In this document: positions 10,593-20,025 of the stretch, in pieces
How positions within the stretch are numbered: position 1 is the first letter of the stretch
Layout: every line of letters starts with the position of its first letter
Source: Ignavibacteriota bacterium
GTDB lineage: Bacteria; Bacteroidota; Ignavibacteria; UBA10030
Assembly (NCBI GenBank): GCA_963727825.1
Contig: CAVSHO010000007.1
Location: 260,926 to 324,925 of the forward strand
Direction: 5' to 3'
DNA length: 64,000 nt
Program-made: the position numbers and the translations under genes
The notes under the pieces: model-generated
The model's input: the letters and a program-made list of their open reading frames with translations, nothing else
Database searches by the model: none
Told to the model about the DNA's origin: nothing

Positions 10593-11987
10593 GTGAGATT
10601 TCAAACTGTTGCTATTCTCTTATTAATTTTAATGATTGGATGCTCAAAGCATTTTACCAATCAGCCATTGCCCAATCAGCCACCGGAGACTTTTCTGACG
10701 ATACTCACAGATAGTACATTGCGGAGTACGACAAGCCAACAGCATCTTCATTGGTGGGGGGTTGACCCGGATGGTTTTGTTAAGGGGTATTACATTTCTT
10801 TCGATAGTCTTCACTGGACGTTCACAACAAGCAATGATAGTGTTATAGGATTAAAACTCACTACAAACGATACAACATATAAATTTTTTGTAGCCGCAGT
10901 TGATAATGAAGGATTAGTGGATCCGACACCAGCATCAATACATGATCCTATCCATAATACACCTCCAGTGGTATCATTTGTATTGCAATCGGATGTCCCT
11001 GATACTACTTATCCTGTCGCAACATTCCAGTGGATTGGTACGGACGTTGACGGAAACGAAACAATCGTCAATTACTATTATGCAATAGACGATACATTGA
11101 AACCTACTAGTTGGAAAACCATAGCGGGCACTATCAATAATGTTACGGTGGATTCATCTAATGGCCTTACAGAAGGCAATCATATTTTCTATCTAAAGGC
11201 GCGAGATGTTGCGGGAGCATATAGTAAAATTATTCGTATGCCAATTGATACAACAAAAACATGGTATGTAAAAAAACCCAAAGGTGATTTCCTCATCATC
11301 GATGACTATGGACTTACAGATCCAGCGGATGTATTTTATTCTCAGATTTTTGACACTTTGATGAATGGGAGATTAAAAGCGCAAGATGTATGGGATATAA
11401 AAACCGGATATTCCGGAAGCAGTAAGGGTACGTATGTACCACCGCTTATTGATCCCACATTTATAAAGACCATAGAACTATTCAAATATATTTTTTGGTA
11501 TGCAGACAATAATCCGCAATTAGGTATTGCACAGGTAGCTCTTCCGGCATTTGAAAAGAACGGCGGTAAGGTTCTTTTTGCGACAGGTTTTCCTGACGGT
11601 TCTCTTGACCTAACTGGAATCGGGGATTTTGCTCCCATCGATAATGTTGAATCGAACTCATTCGCACTAAAGCTCTTCCCTGCAGATTCGATAGTAGCGG
11701 TTGATCCGAGCTATCCCAATCTCATCCGTGATTACGGTGCAATCTATACATTCCCTCGTGGATTGTTACCTAAAGTAAACGCCCGGATCATCTATCAAAT
11801 GCTGCCATCTTCGCGTTGGAATCATGATACGACTATGATCGTTATGGGTGTGAAAGATGCTGATCAGGCAAGTTTTGTTATGATCTCTGCAATTTTGCAC
11901 CGTTTTGGTGGTTTGCCACCAGGTGTACCAAACAATGTCCCTGCTATTCTCCGTAGAGTATTTCAAGGTGAATTTGGAGTGCAATGA
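10593..11987 (+). CDS. Hypothetical lipoprotein with Ig/FnIII-like modules
   Basis: GAGGA RBS before GTG 10593; lipobox ILMIGC; NQPPETF, WWGVDPDG, AVDNEGLVDPTPA. Confidence 0.7.
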   Translation: MRFQTVAILLLILMIGCSKHFTNQPLPNQPPETFLTILTDSTLRSTTSQQHLHWWGVDPDGFVKGYYISFDSLHWTFTTSNDSVIGLKLTTNDTTYKFFVAAVDNEGLVDPTPASIHDPIHNTPPVVSFVLQSDVPDTTYPVATFQWIGTDVDGNETIVNYYYAIDDTLKPTSWKTIAGTINNVTVDSSNGLTEGNHIFYLKARDVAGAYSKIIRMPIDTTKTWYVKKPKGDFLIIDDYGLTDPADVFYSQIFDTLMNGRLKAQDVWDIKTGYSGSSKGTYVPPLIDPTFIKTIELFKYIFWYADNNPQLGIAQVALPAFEKNGGKVLFATGFPDGSLDLTGIGDFAPIDNVESNSFALKLFPADSIVAVDPSYPNLIRDYGAIYTFPRGLLPKVNARIIYQMLPSSRWNHDTTMIVMGVKDADQASFVMISAILHRFGGLPPGVPNNVPAILRRVFQGEFGVQ

Positions 11988-11988
11988 G

Positions 11989-14805
11989 TTGAGGCAAATA
12001 AAAACAATATTATTGCTTCTCTGCTGCATAGGATTCATTGCTAATATGGTTTTCGGTGAAGGGAAAGGTGTCATAAAAGGCACAGTAAAGGATGCCAAAA
12101 CCGGTGAGGGATTGCCGGTGGTGAATGTCAAAATAAAAGGGACATATTACGGTGCTGTAACTGATTTCGATGGTCATTACACTATTCCTAAAATTAATCC
12201 CGGTAGTTATACATTGGAATTCAGTCTTGTTGGCTATACACAAGTGCAACGTACTGACGTAAGAGTAGAAGCAGATAAGGAAAGTACTATCGATCAGGAT
12301 ATGCAGGAAACAGTTCTCTCTCTTGGTCAGGAAGTCGTTGTAGTTGGCGAAAAACCACTTGTAAATCTCGAAGAGACATCGAGTAAGCATTCCATATCGT
12401 CTGATGACTTAAGAGCGACTGCAGTAGTAGATGTGAAGGATGTTGTTGCGCAGCAGGTTGGAGTTGTGCAAACTGATAACGAAATACATATCCGTGGAGG
12501 AAGATCGAGCGAGAATGCATATCTCCTTGATGGAGTGTCCATTCAAGATCCGCTTGCAGGGACGGGGTTTGGTTTGCAATTAAGCACAGATGCAATAGAA
12601 GAAGTTCAGATTATTACAGGTGGTTATAATGCAGAATATGGACAAGCAACGTCTGGTGTAGTCAATGTATCTTTGAAAGAGGGCTCACAGGCTTACCATG
12701 GAAGCCTTTCCTATAAACGAGATCATCTTGGAAGAGTTGATGGTTCTTTGCATATCTTCAATCAAGATCTCGGCGAGTTTACATTAAGCGGACCGGAACC
12801 AGTTACCTCTTACTTATTACCGGTCTTAGGTGTTCACGATATTGGCACCGTGACCTTCTTTACAGATTTTAGTGCTAACCTTTCCGATGGAATATATGGA
12901 AAACGCGCAAACCAAATAAATTCTTCTATTTTCTATGGGACTCGATTTGCTCCGCGGGAAGAAAATAATTACTTCGGTTTGGTAAAGTTGACATGGAAAA
13001 TATCACAAATGATGCGTATTTCGTATTCATACACTCGTTCTGTTTCGATCAACCAAAACACTCAAGAGTTACAAACAAATCTTGAATATGTTGAATCAAG
13101 CCCGGGATTCCAATATGCATTTGAAAATATTCTAGACAATGCTATGACATATACGCACGATAATCAAATGCACATGATTAGCCTTACGCAGACACTATCC
13201 AATTCCATGTTCTATGAATTGAAGTATTCGCATTATTATACTCACCTTCGTGCTGATGCCAATGGATTGAATTACACACAATATACAGAGCCATTAGACA
13301 TCGTTACTTTCCCTGTATCTTACTATCCGCTGCCATTGCGCGATACGGTTAATGTTATTCCTGGTGACGGTTTGTATGACCTTGGAGATGGATTCACCTG
13401 GCATGATCATTATGTTATAGAAAATACTTTAAAATTTGATCTTACTAAGAATTTCTCGGAAAAAAATAAATTCAAGACAGGGTTTGACGTAACATTTCAA
13501 GAGATGCAAAATATCGATATCTATGAACCCTGGGTTGGTACACTTGGGCTCAATAATGATATTTACAAAGTCTTTCCTGCGTTTGGCGCCTTCTATGCAC
13601 AGGACAATATTACGTATGGCGGTATGATTCTTAATGCGGGATTGCGTTTCGATTATTGGTTTCCCGGACAATATGTGGATAATGCAGTAAAAGACACGAA
13701 TGTGATCACTATCCCGGATCAGATTCGACAAGATTACGAAAATTCGACCTATTCATTTTTAGGACATCGCTGGAAAGGAAGAATTAGTCCGCGGATTGGT
13801 ATTTCACATCCGATATCAGATAATCAAATGCTTTTTTTCTCGTACGGTCAGTTTTCAAAGCGGCCTAAACCGCAATTTGTCTATGCAAAATTGAGTCCCT
13901 CCGCAGCGCAATCGAGTTTCCAGGAATTTGGTAATCCAGATCTTAATCCCGAAACAACAGTAGCTTACGAATTAGGTGTACAAACCCAATTTTCAAATAA
14001 CGACGTTCTATCAGTTACTGCCTACTACAAAGATATATTTGATTATGTGACGACAGAGGCTGCGAAAGTGACCAGCGCACGCTTATCAGGCAGCAGTTTT
14101 TACACTTATGTCAATCAAGATTATGCTACATCTCGCGGTATTGAGGCCGAGTATCAAAAGCGAATAGGAAAATGGTTCCTCGGCATACTTTCAGGGTCTT
14201 ATTCCGTAACGACGGGGAAAAGTTCCACTCCAGATGAAGCGGTTCTGGTGGCGCGCGGAGTAGATTATGAAACGATTAAAGAAAATTATATGGAGTGGGA
14301 TCGTCCATTCCAATTTAATCTTACAACGACGTTCAACGTAGTGAAAGATGAACCGTTGTTCGGCTTCGGCCGTGGTATTTTGGATAATTATTCGTTCTAT
14401 ATACATGCATTCTACGAATCGGGAAAACGTTATACGCCGTATATTTATTCCGGAGTTGCTGCAAATGGTCAACCGGAATATTATGAGGATCTGAACAACC
14501 TGTTAGGTGATGTTGGTCAGGATTGGTTTTGGATAGATGTAAATTTTGAAAAAACCTTTAAACTTATAGGACTAGATTTTACTTTTTCTGTACAGGTGAA
14601 GAACATTCTCGATACTAAAAATTCTGCCATCATTAATCCGGTGACTGGTAAGGCATATGAGTATGGCGACGATACTCCTTATGGTAAAAGCTGGAATAAT
14701 CCGTTATATCCGCAACTTCAGGCGCCTATTACTCCGTATCCTTATGATCCTTCCCGATATCTTGCCGGACGCAATGTGCTTTTTGGACTAAGCATGAAGT
14801 TCTAA
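11989..14805 (+). CDS. TonB-dependent receptor with N-terminal carboxypeptidase-regulatory-like domain
   Basis: IKGTVKDAKTGEGLP, plug motifs IHIRGGR and GGYNAEYGQATSGVVN, GNPDLNPETTVAYELG, terminal Phe. Confidence 0.92.
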   Translation: MRQIKTILLLLCCIGFIANMVFGEGKGVIKGTVKDAKTGEGLPVVNVKIKGTYYGAVTDFDGHYTIPKINPGSYTLEFSLVGYTQVQRTDVRVEADKESTIDQDMQETVLSLGQEVVVVGEKPLVNLEETSSKHSISSDDLRATAVVDVKDVVAQQVGVVQTDNEIHIRGGRSSENAYLLDGVSIQDPLAGTGFGLQLSTDAIEEVQIITGGYNAEYGQATSGVVNVSLKEGSQAYHGSLSYKRDHLGRVDGSLHIFNQDLGEFTLSGPEPVTSYLLPVLGVHDIGTVTFFTDFSANLSDGIYGKRANQINSSIFYGTRFAPREENNYFGLVKLTWKISQMMRISYSYTRSVSINQNTQELQTNLEYVESSPGFQYAFENILDNAMTYTHDNQMHMISLTQTLSNSMFYELKYSHYYTHLRADANGLNYTQYTEPLDIVTFPVSYYPLPLRDTVNVIPGDGLYDLGDGFTWHDHYVIENTLKFDLTKNFSEKNKFKTGFDVTFQEMQNIDIYEPWVGTLGLNNDIYKVFPAFGAFYAQDNITYGGMILNAGLRFDYWFPGQYVDNAVKDTNVITIPDQIRQDYENSTYSFLGHRWKGRISPRIGISHPISDNQMLFFSYGQFSKRPKPQFVYAKLSPSAAQSSFQEFGNPDLNPETTVAYELGVQTQFSNNDVLSVTAYYKDIFDYVTTEAAKVTSARLSGSSFYTYVNQDYATSRGIEAEYQKRIGKWFLGILSGSYSVTTGKSSTPDEAVLVARGVDYETIKENYMEWDRPFQFNLTTTFNVVKDEPLFGFGRGILDNYSFYIHAFYESGKRYTPYIYSGVAANGQPEYYEDLNNLLGDVGQDWFWIDVNFEKTFKLIGLDFTFSVQVKNILDTKNSAIINPVTGKAYEYGDDTPYGKSWNNPLYPQLQAPITPYPYDPSRYLAGRNVLFGLSMKF

Positions 14806-14807
14806 GA

Positions 14808-15794
14808 ATGAAGAAATCAATTCTCTCTATAGTTTGTGGGTTTTGTATTGTTAGCGCAGCGACAGTGAACGCACAATTACTTCCCGTGTTAGGCGCTCAA
14901 CGCGCTGGGACGGCGACTGCTGAATTTCTCAAAATCGGTGTTGGTGCTCGTGCCACTGCGATGGGAGAATCATTTGTAGCTGTCGCAAACGATGCATCAG
15001 CTCTCTATTGGAATCCTGCCGGTATAACACAATTCCAAACGAACGAAGTCTATTTTGCTCATACCGAATGGTTTATGGATATCAAGCATGAATTTCTTGG
15101 AGCAGTATATCATCTCTCTTCTGCAGATGCTATCGGGTTGTCGGTAATCTCCTTGCATATGGATGACATGCCGGTTACGACAGAATTTGCACCATTCGGT
15201 AATGGCAATTATTTCACATTTGGTGATGTTGCCTTTGGCTTAAGCTATAGTCGAAAGTTAACTTCTCAATTTAGCTTTGGTGGTACTATACGCTATATTG
15301 ACGAGACTATGGATGTATTGAAAATGCGCAGTGTCATGATAGATTTTGGGACATACTATTGGACAGGACTTGGTACATCAAGGTTCTCTGCAGTGGTGAC
15401 GAATTTTGGAAATCGAATGTCGCCAAGCGGCTCTTTGACTCTCAATAGCGGTCAGATAGTGAATCAATTTCAAGAATTTTCTCCGCCAACAATATTTAAA
15501 TTTGGATTTGCGTTTGAGCCGATTATGGATGATAAAAATATGCTAACCACATCGATTCAACTCAACCACCCAAATGATAATTCTGAAAATATTTGCTTAG
15601 GTGCTGAGTATAACTTGCTAAAAACATTTTTTCTGCGCGCCGGATACAAACTGAATGTTGAGGAACAGTCCTTCTCTTATGGTGCAGGCGTTGCCACATC
15701 AATAGAAGGTGTTAACATTAACTTTGATTACGGATATGCAGCATTTACAGATCTTGGCGGAGTACACCGTATTTCCATAATTGTGAAGATATGA
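14808..15794 (+). CDS. PorV/PorQ family outer-membrane beta-barrel
   Basis: FLKIGVGARATAMG, NDASALYWNPAG, terminal beta-strand pattern. Confidence 0.9.
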   Translation: MKKSILSIVCGFCIVSAATVNAQLLPVLGAQRAGTATAEFLKIGVGARATAMGESFVAVANDASALYWNPAGITQFQTNEVYFAHTEWFMDIKHEFLGAVYHLSSADAIGLSVISLHMDDMPVTTEFAPFGNGNYFTFGDVAFGLSYSRKLTSQFSFGGTIRYIDETMDVLKMRSVMIDFGTYYWTGLGTSRFSAVVTNFGNRMSPSGSLTLNSGQIVNQFQEFSPPTIFKFGFAFEPIMDDKNMLTTSIQLNHPNDNSENICLGAEYNLLKTFFLRAGYKLNVEEQSFSYGAGVATSIEGVNINFDYGYAAFTDLGGVHRISIIVKI

Positions 15795-16900
15795 AAATAA
15801 TATTTTCCATTGGTATTATTACTATTGTTTTATCTCTTGTTGCATGTCAGGTAGACAAGTATCCTGTCGAAAGTCTCCCTCAATCCCAAGCCAATACAAG
15901 TGTAATCTCAGAGACAACTTATGTCCAACAGAAACCTGATTGGGATTGGCAGGGCTTTAATAAGCCACAAGGTATCATTGTAGGTAATGAACCGTTTATT
16001 TATGTGGCTGATACTTATAATGATCGGATCGTGATGATGGATATCGCAGGTCGAGTCATTGGCTATTCGCAATTTATAAATCGACCTGTTGCACTTGCGC
16101 AAGATAGACGACTCCAATTGCTTGTCTGTGCCAGCTTCGACACTCTACTATCTGGCCACATTGCACCAACGACATTTGGTGCACTCTATCGGTTGAATTT
16201 GCCAGCGGTGAATCATTCCATCTCTATGGCGACACCGAATCGAGTATTCTTTGAACCATCCGATTCTACAAGACGTTATACAGCGGTTGCAACACTCTAT
16301 AATGATCAATACTATGTTGCTCGTACCGGCCCTAAAAATGATCTTACATTGATTGACCGAGATGATGCAATTATCCTATTCTCGAAAAACGACGGTCTTA
16401 TCACCCCGGTTACGACAGGTTTTTCTCCAGATGGGACTGGTTTACTCTCGATTCACTACGCAACATGTCTTGCTACATTGCCTTCTGGGACTAATCAAGA
16501 CTTTATCTTTGGACAAGTCGAAGTGCCGGGTGGAGTTATTCCTCTTATAAAAGTGCAGTGGATTCAACTAACTGTGCAAGGACAAACAGAGGGCTATGCT
16601 TCTAAATATGCCAGCATTGATCCCGACGTCGGCATAACACAGATCAATAAATTTATGCAACCGAGAGGTGTGGCGGTTGATCCCTCAAATAATCTGTTTG
16701 TGGTCGATTCCGGTACTGACAGTCTTTACAGATTTAACACTCGAGGGATAGAACAATATTCTTTCGGTGGACACAACGACAAATACGGAAGAAACTTGGT
16801 TGAACCCTACGGTGTCGCTTGGTATAATTATACGATCTATATTGTAGATAGGGGGAGTAACAGGATCTGCAGGTTTAAACTTTCTACTGATTTGGAATAA
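15791..16900 (+). CDS. NHL-repeat beta-propeller lipoprotein
   Basis: Lipobox LVAC; FNKPQGI, IYVADTYNDRI, PRGVAVD, IYIVDRGSNRI. Confidence 0.8.
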   Translation: MKIIFSIGIITIVLSLVACQVDKYPVESLPQSQANTSVISETTYVQQKPDWDWQGFNKPQGIIVGNEPFIYVADTYNDRIVMMDIAGRVIGYSQFINRPVALAQDRRLQLLVCASFDTLLSGHIAPTTFGALYRLNLPAVNHSISMATPNRVFFEPSDSTRRYTAVATLYNDQYYVARTGPKNDLTLIDRDDAIILFSKNDGLITPVTTGFSPDGTGLLSIHYATCLATLPSGTNQDFIFGQVEVPGGVIPLIKVQWIQLTVQGQTEGYASKYASIDPDVGITQINKFMQPRGVAVDPSNNLFVVDSGTDSLYRFNTRGIEQYSFGGHNDKYGRNLVEPYGVAWYNYTIYIVDRGSNRICRFKLSTDLE

Positions 16901-17235
16901 AACAAAGTATAATTTACATAACTAAGACGTCAATATGATGCCTTTGTTATGTACGCGGGATTTAATAAAAAGGCAAATATAAGAAGGATCTTATTTTATA
17001 TCCGTGAAAATCAGGTTTAAAACTGTTCTTCGCTGTTTCAAGATTACAGCATCAGCTCTACCGGCTTCACTATCAGAATTTTATGCTCAAGAACAATCGG
17101 TCCTTTCTTTACAACCGGCCTTTTTACGATGGAGCCAATCGCGTGTATTGCACCTTCCGGCGTAATGAATATAGACAGCTTGCCTTTCAAGCGAGCGTTT
17201 ATTAATTTCATTTATATAATTATTTAACACACCTG

Positions 17236-17775
17236 ATGCCTCGATTTAAAGTAGACGAAATACGCAATAGATTTGCCAACGGCAAAGATTTTAATGAAAT
17301 CTTCGATGCCTTTGAAGATGCGCTGATCCAAGGTATTCAAGATGTCGAACTTTATCGGCTACTCTTCTGGAACTCTGCACTCTGTCCCGATGAATTGTGC
17401 CTCTTTGGTGAAAAACTTGCCAAGGAATTTCCAAATCTTGCTTATGAGACATATATGTGGTTGGCAAGTGTGTTCGAGGCAACATATTCCTTGTCTGATA
17501 ACTTTGAACTGGCTATGCAATACTATCGTAAAGCGGCAGCGGTGAAGCCGCAAGAAGTTCAGCCATATCTTGATGCCGCCGACTGTCATGATCCGGAACT
17601 TAACATTCCGCCATTATATTGGCTTGTAGAGTTTTTAAAGTTAGGCATCAATCTTGTAAAAGATAAGAAAACGCTTCTACATAGATTGTCGTATCTCTAC
17701 CAGATGCATGGAGATCAGAAGCAGTCAGATTTTTACAGAACTCTCGCTGATGATCTCGGACGCAATCAAAACTAA
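17236..17775 (+). CDS. Hypothetical helical (TPR-like) protein
   Basis: 179-aa ORF with helical-repeat pattern (LAMQYYRKAAAVKP). Confidence 0.6.
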   Translation: MPRFKVDEIRNRFANGKDFNEIFDAFEDALIQGIQDVELYRLLFWNSALCPDELCLFGEKLAKEFPNLAYETYMWLASVFEATYSLSDNFELAMQYYRKAAAVKPQEVQPYLDAADCHDPELNIPPLYWLVEFLKLGINLVKDKKTLLHRLSYLYQMHGDQKQSDFYRTLADDLGRNQN

Positions 17776-18706
17776 TACAACTAATCACCGTTCGCACGCA
17801 CTACGCGGATTCATTCTCTTGATGATTGCCGTACTTTTCTGGGGAAGTTCGGCGCCGATAGGAAAATATCTCATTGTAACGCGCTTTGATACACTTATCT
17901 TAGCCCAGACACGTACATCGCTGACCTTCATACTTTTTCTTTTCTTTTTTCTTCTTACGGATCGAAGTATATTTAAAATTGATTTTAAGGATTTTTGGAA
18001 ATTTGGAATATTAGGTGTGGTAGGCATTTCAATGACAAATTATACTTATTATTTCACTGCGAAGGAATCATCGGTAGCAACGGCAATCCTTGTCCAATAC
18101 ACTGCGCCGGTTTGGGTTGTGCTGTATTCAGTGTTTGTAATTAAGGAGGATAAGCTTGATCGCATTACATTCATCTCGCTCGTCCTCGGGTTGATCGGCT
18201 GTTTCTTTGCAGTGACTGCCGGGTCTTTTCAAAGCTTAAATTTGAAAGGGTTGGCAATTATCACCGGGCCGACGTCGGCGTTCACATTTGCATATCAGAT
18301 TGTTGCAACGAAGCAATTGCTGAAACGTTATTCCGTTTGGACAATATTAGTTTATATATTTGGCTTCTCTACTGTTTTCTGGCTGTGCATAAATCCACCT
18401 TGGGCTATTCTTGCGAAGAATTACATATACAGTGATTGGGAAATATTCTGGATGTTTGCTATTATATCTATCCTTATACCTCAGACAGCATTCGCATCTG
18501 GATTAAAATTGCTGAATGCATCGACTGTCGGAATTGTAAGTATTCTGGAGCCGGTAATTGCAATTATTGCCGCATTTCTAATTCTTGGTGAATCTCTTGG
18601 CGTTATACAAATATTCGGTGCGGTGTTGGTAGTAGCAGCAATTGGATTATTACAAGCGCATCCAATGTTAATGAAGAAAAATGATGGGGAACTGCCTATA
18701 ACTTAG
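17750..18706 (+). CDS. EamA/DMT family transporter
   Basis: About 10 TM helices; LFWG, ATAILVQYTAPVW, LEPVIA...LGE; start position uncertain. Confidence 0.88.
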   Translation: MISDAIKTNTTNHRSHALRGFILLMIAVLFWGSSAPIGKYLIVTRFDTLILAQTRTSLTFILFLFFFLLTDRSIFKIDFKDFWKFGILGVVGISMTNYTYYFTAKESSVATAILVQYTAPVWVVLYSVFVIKEDKLDRITFISLVLGLIGCFFAVTAGSFQSLNLKGLAIITGPTSAFTFAYQIVATKQLLKRYSVWTILVYIFGFSTVFWLCINPPWAILAKNYIYSDWEIFWMFAIISILIPQTAFASGLKLLNASTVGIVSILEPVIAIIAAFLILGESLGVIQIFGAVLVVAAIGLLQAHPMLMKKNDGELPIT

Positions 18707-18717
18707 GCAAATGTAAA

Positions 18718-19302
18718 ATGAGAACAGAGCGTCGTTTGAATCGTTTAGAGCAGGTGTTGCGGCATCGTCAACCAGATATAACAGTAGTAATGGAAAATAT
18801 TCATGATCCGCATAATGTCAGTGCGGTGCTTCGTTCATGCGATGCAGCTGGAGTGATGGAAGTACAATTAATCTATACGGAAACGGATTTTCCAAATATT
18901 GGCAAAAAAAGCTCGGCAAGCGCAAAAAAATGGGTCGAACTGCGGCAATTCAAGAATGTGAAAGATTGTTATAAAAAGCTGCATGAGGAAGGTTTTACGA
19001 TTTTTGCAACTCACCTGGAAGAAGAAGCCAAGTCATTGTTCGAAATCAATATGACGAAAAAAGTAGCGATTGTTGTGGGGAATGAACATAAAGGAGTATC
19101 ATTGGAAGCGGCGCAGAATGCAGATGGTATTCTCCAGATTCCAATGTTTGGAATGATTCAAAGTTTGAATGTCTCTGTTGCAACAGCAGTCATTCTCTTT
19201 GAAGCCGTCCGCCAGAGAATTGCCTCTGGACAGTATAATGAATCAAAGTACTCAAAAACAGAATTAGCGAAGCTCCTAAGGATTTGGGCTATGAAACAAT
19301 GA
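18718..19302 (+). CDS. trmH: tRNA (guanosine-2'-O)-methyltransferase, SpoU family
   Basis: ENIHDPHNVSAVLRSCDA, VGNEHKGVS, IPMFGMIQSLNVSVA. Confidence 0.9.
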   Translation: MRTERRLNRLEQVLRHRQPDITVVMENIHDPHNVSAVLRSCDAAGVMEVQLIYTETDFPNIGKKSSASAKKWVELRQFKNVKDCYKKLHEEGFTIFATHLEEEAKSLFEINMTKKVAIVVGNEHKGVSLEAAQNADGILQIPMFGMIQSLNVSVATAVILFEAVRQRIASGQYNESKYSKTELAKLLRIWAMKQ

Positions 19303-19327
19303 GCAACGCATTACTAACGACAAACAA

Positions 19328-20002
19328 ATGAACATTCGCCCAGATATTGCAGAATTTATTGTCAAACTTGAGGTATTCGGTAAAAGAAAACTTAACTATC
19401 CTTTGGAGGTTTCAGAATTACTTCAGACCGCTGTTCAGAATGGATTGATAAGTGAATTTGAAGAATTGATCTTTCAAGCGAAGTTTTTGACGCGGACTCA
19501 GGATGTAATGAAACAAATCGGTAATGAAGCGCAAGGCTTCGAAAAGCTTTCAATGGAATTTCATTCGGGTGTAGAAAAATCAATCAATTTGTTGAAAATA
19601 CTTGTTGGAAAAGTACCAACAGATATTTCGCAGAAATATTTAGACACTTTCTGTGCAATGGAAACCGAAAGCTTTGCTCATTTGATGAAGTTGCACTCTG
19701 ATTTGAGTTGGATAAAGAATTGGCAAATAGACGGGAAACTACTCCCTTATGAGACAAAATCATTAAAAATAAATGCTATTCACGAAAATGCAAATCAGAA
19801 AACAATAAGAAATAATGGGAATAACAAATCGATAAAATCACTTTCTCGAATTCAACGAAGTGCGATAATTACTGCGATCCTATTAGTATTATTTCTTCTT
19901 ATTGATCCACCAGTAACAATTCTCGGTTGGATACTTTCATTAGGGATTGCGGCATTGCTTGCATATATTGTCATCCAGATATTATTCTTAACTAAAAAAT
20001 AA
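19328..20002 (+). CDS. Hypothetical protein with two C-terminal TM helices
   Basis: 224-aa ORF co-oriented and tightly spaced in the operon. Confidence 0.6.
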   Translation: MNIRPDIAEFIVKLEVFGKRKLNYPLEVSELLQTAVQNGLISEFEELIFQAKFLTRTQDVMKQIGNEAQGFEKLSMEFHSGVEKSINLLKILVGKVPTDISQKYLDTFCAMETESFAHLMKLHSDLSWIKNWQIDGKLLPYETKSLKINAIHENANQKTIRNNGNNKSIKSLSRIQRSAIITAILLVLFLLIDPPVTILGWILSLGIAALLAYIVIQILFLTKK

Positions 20003-20025
20003 AACTCTCATTGAATAGAATCCGA

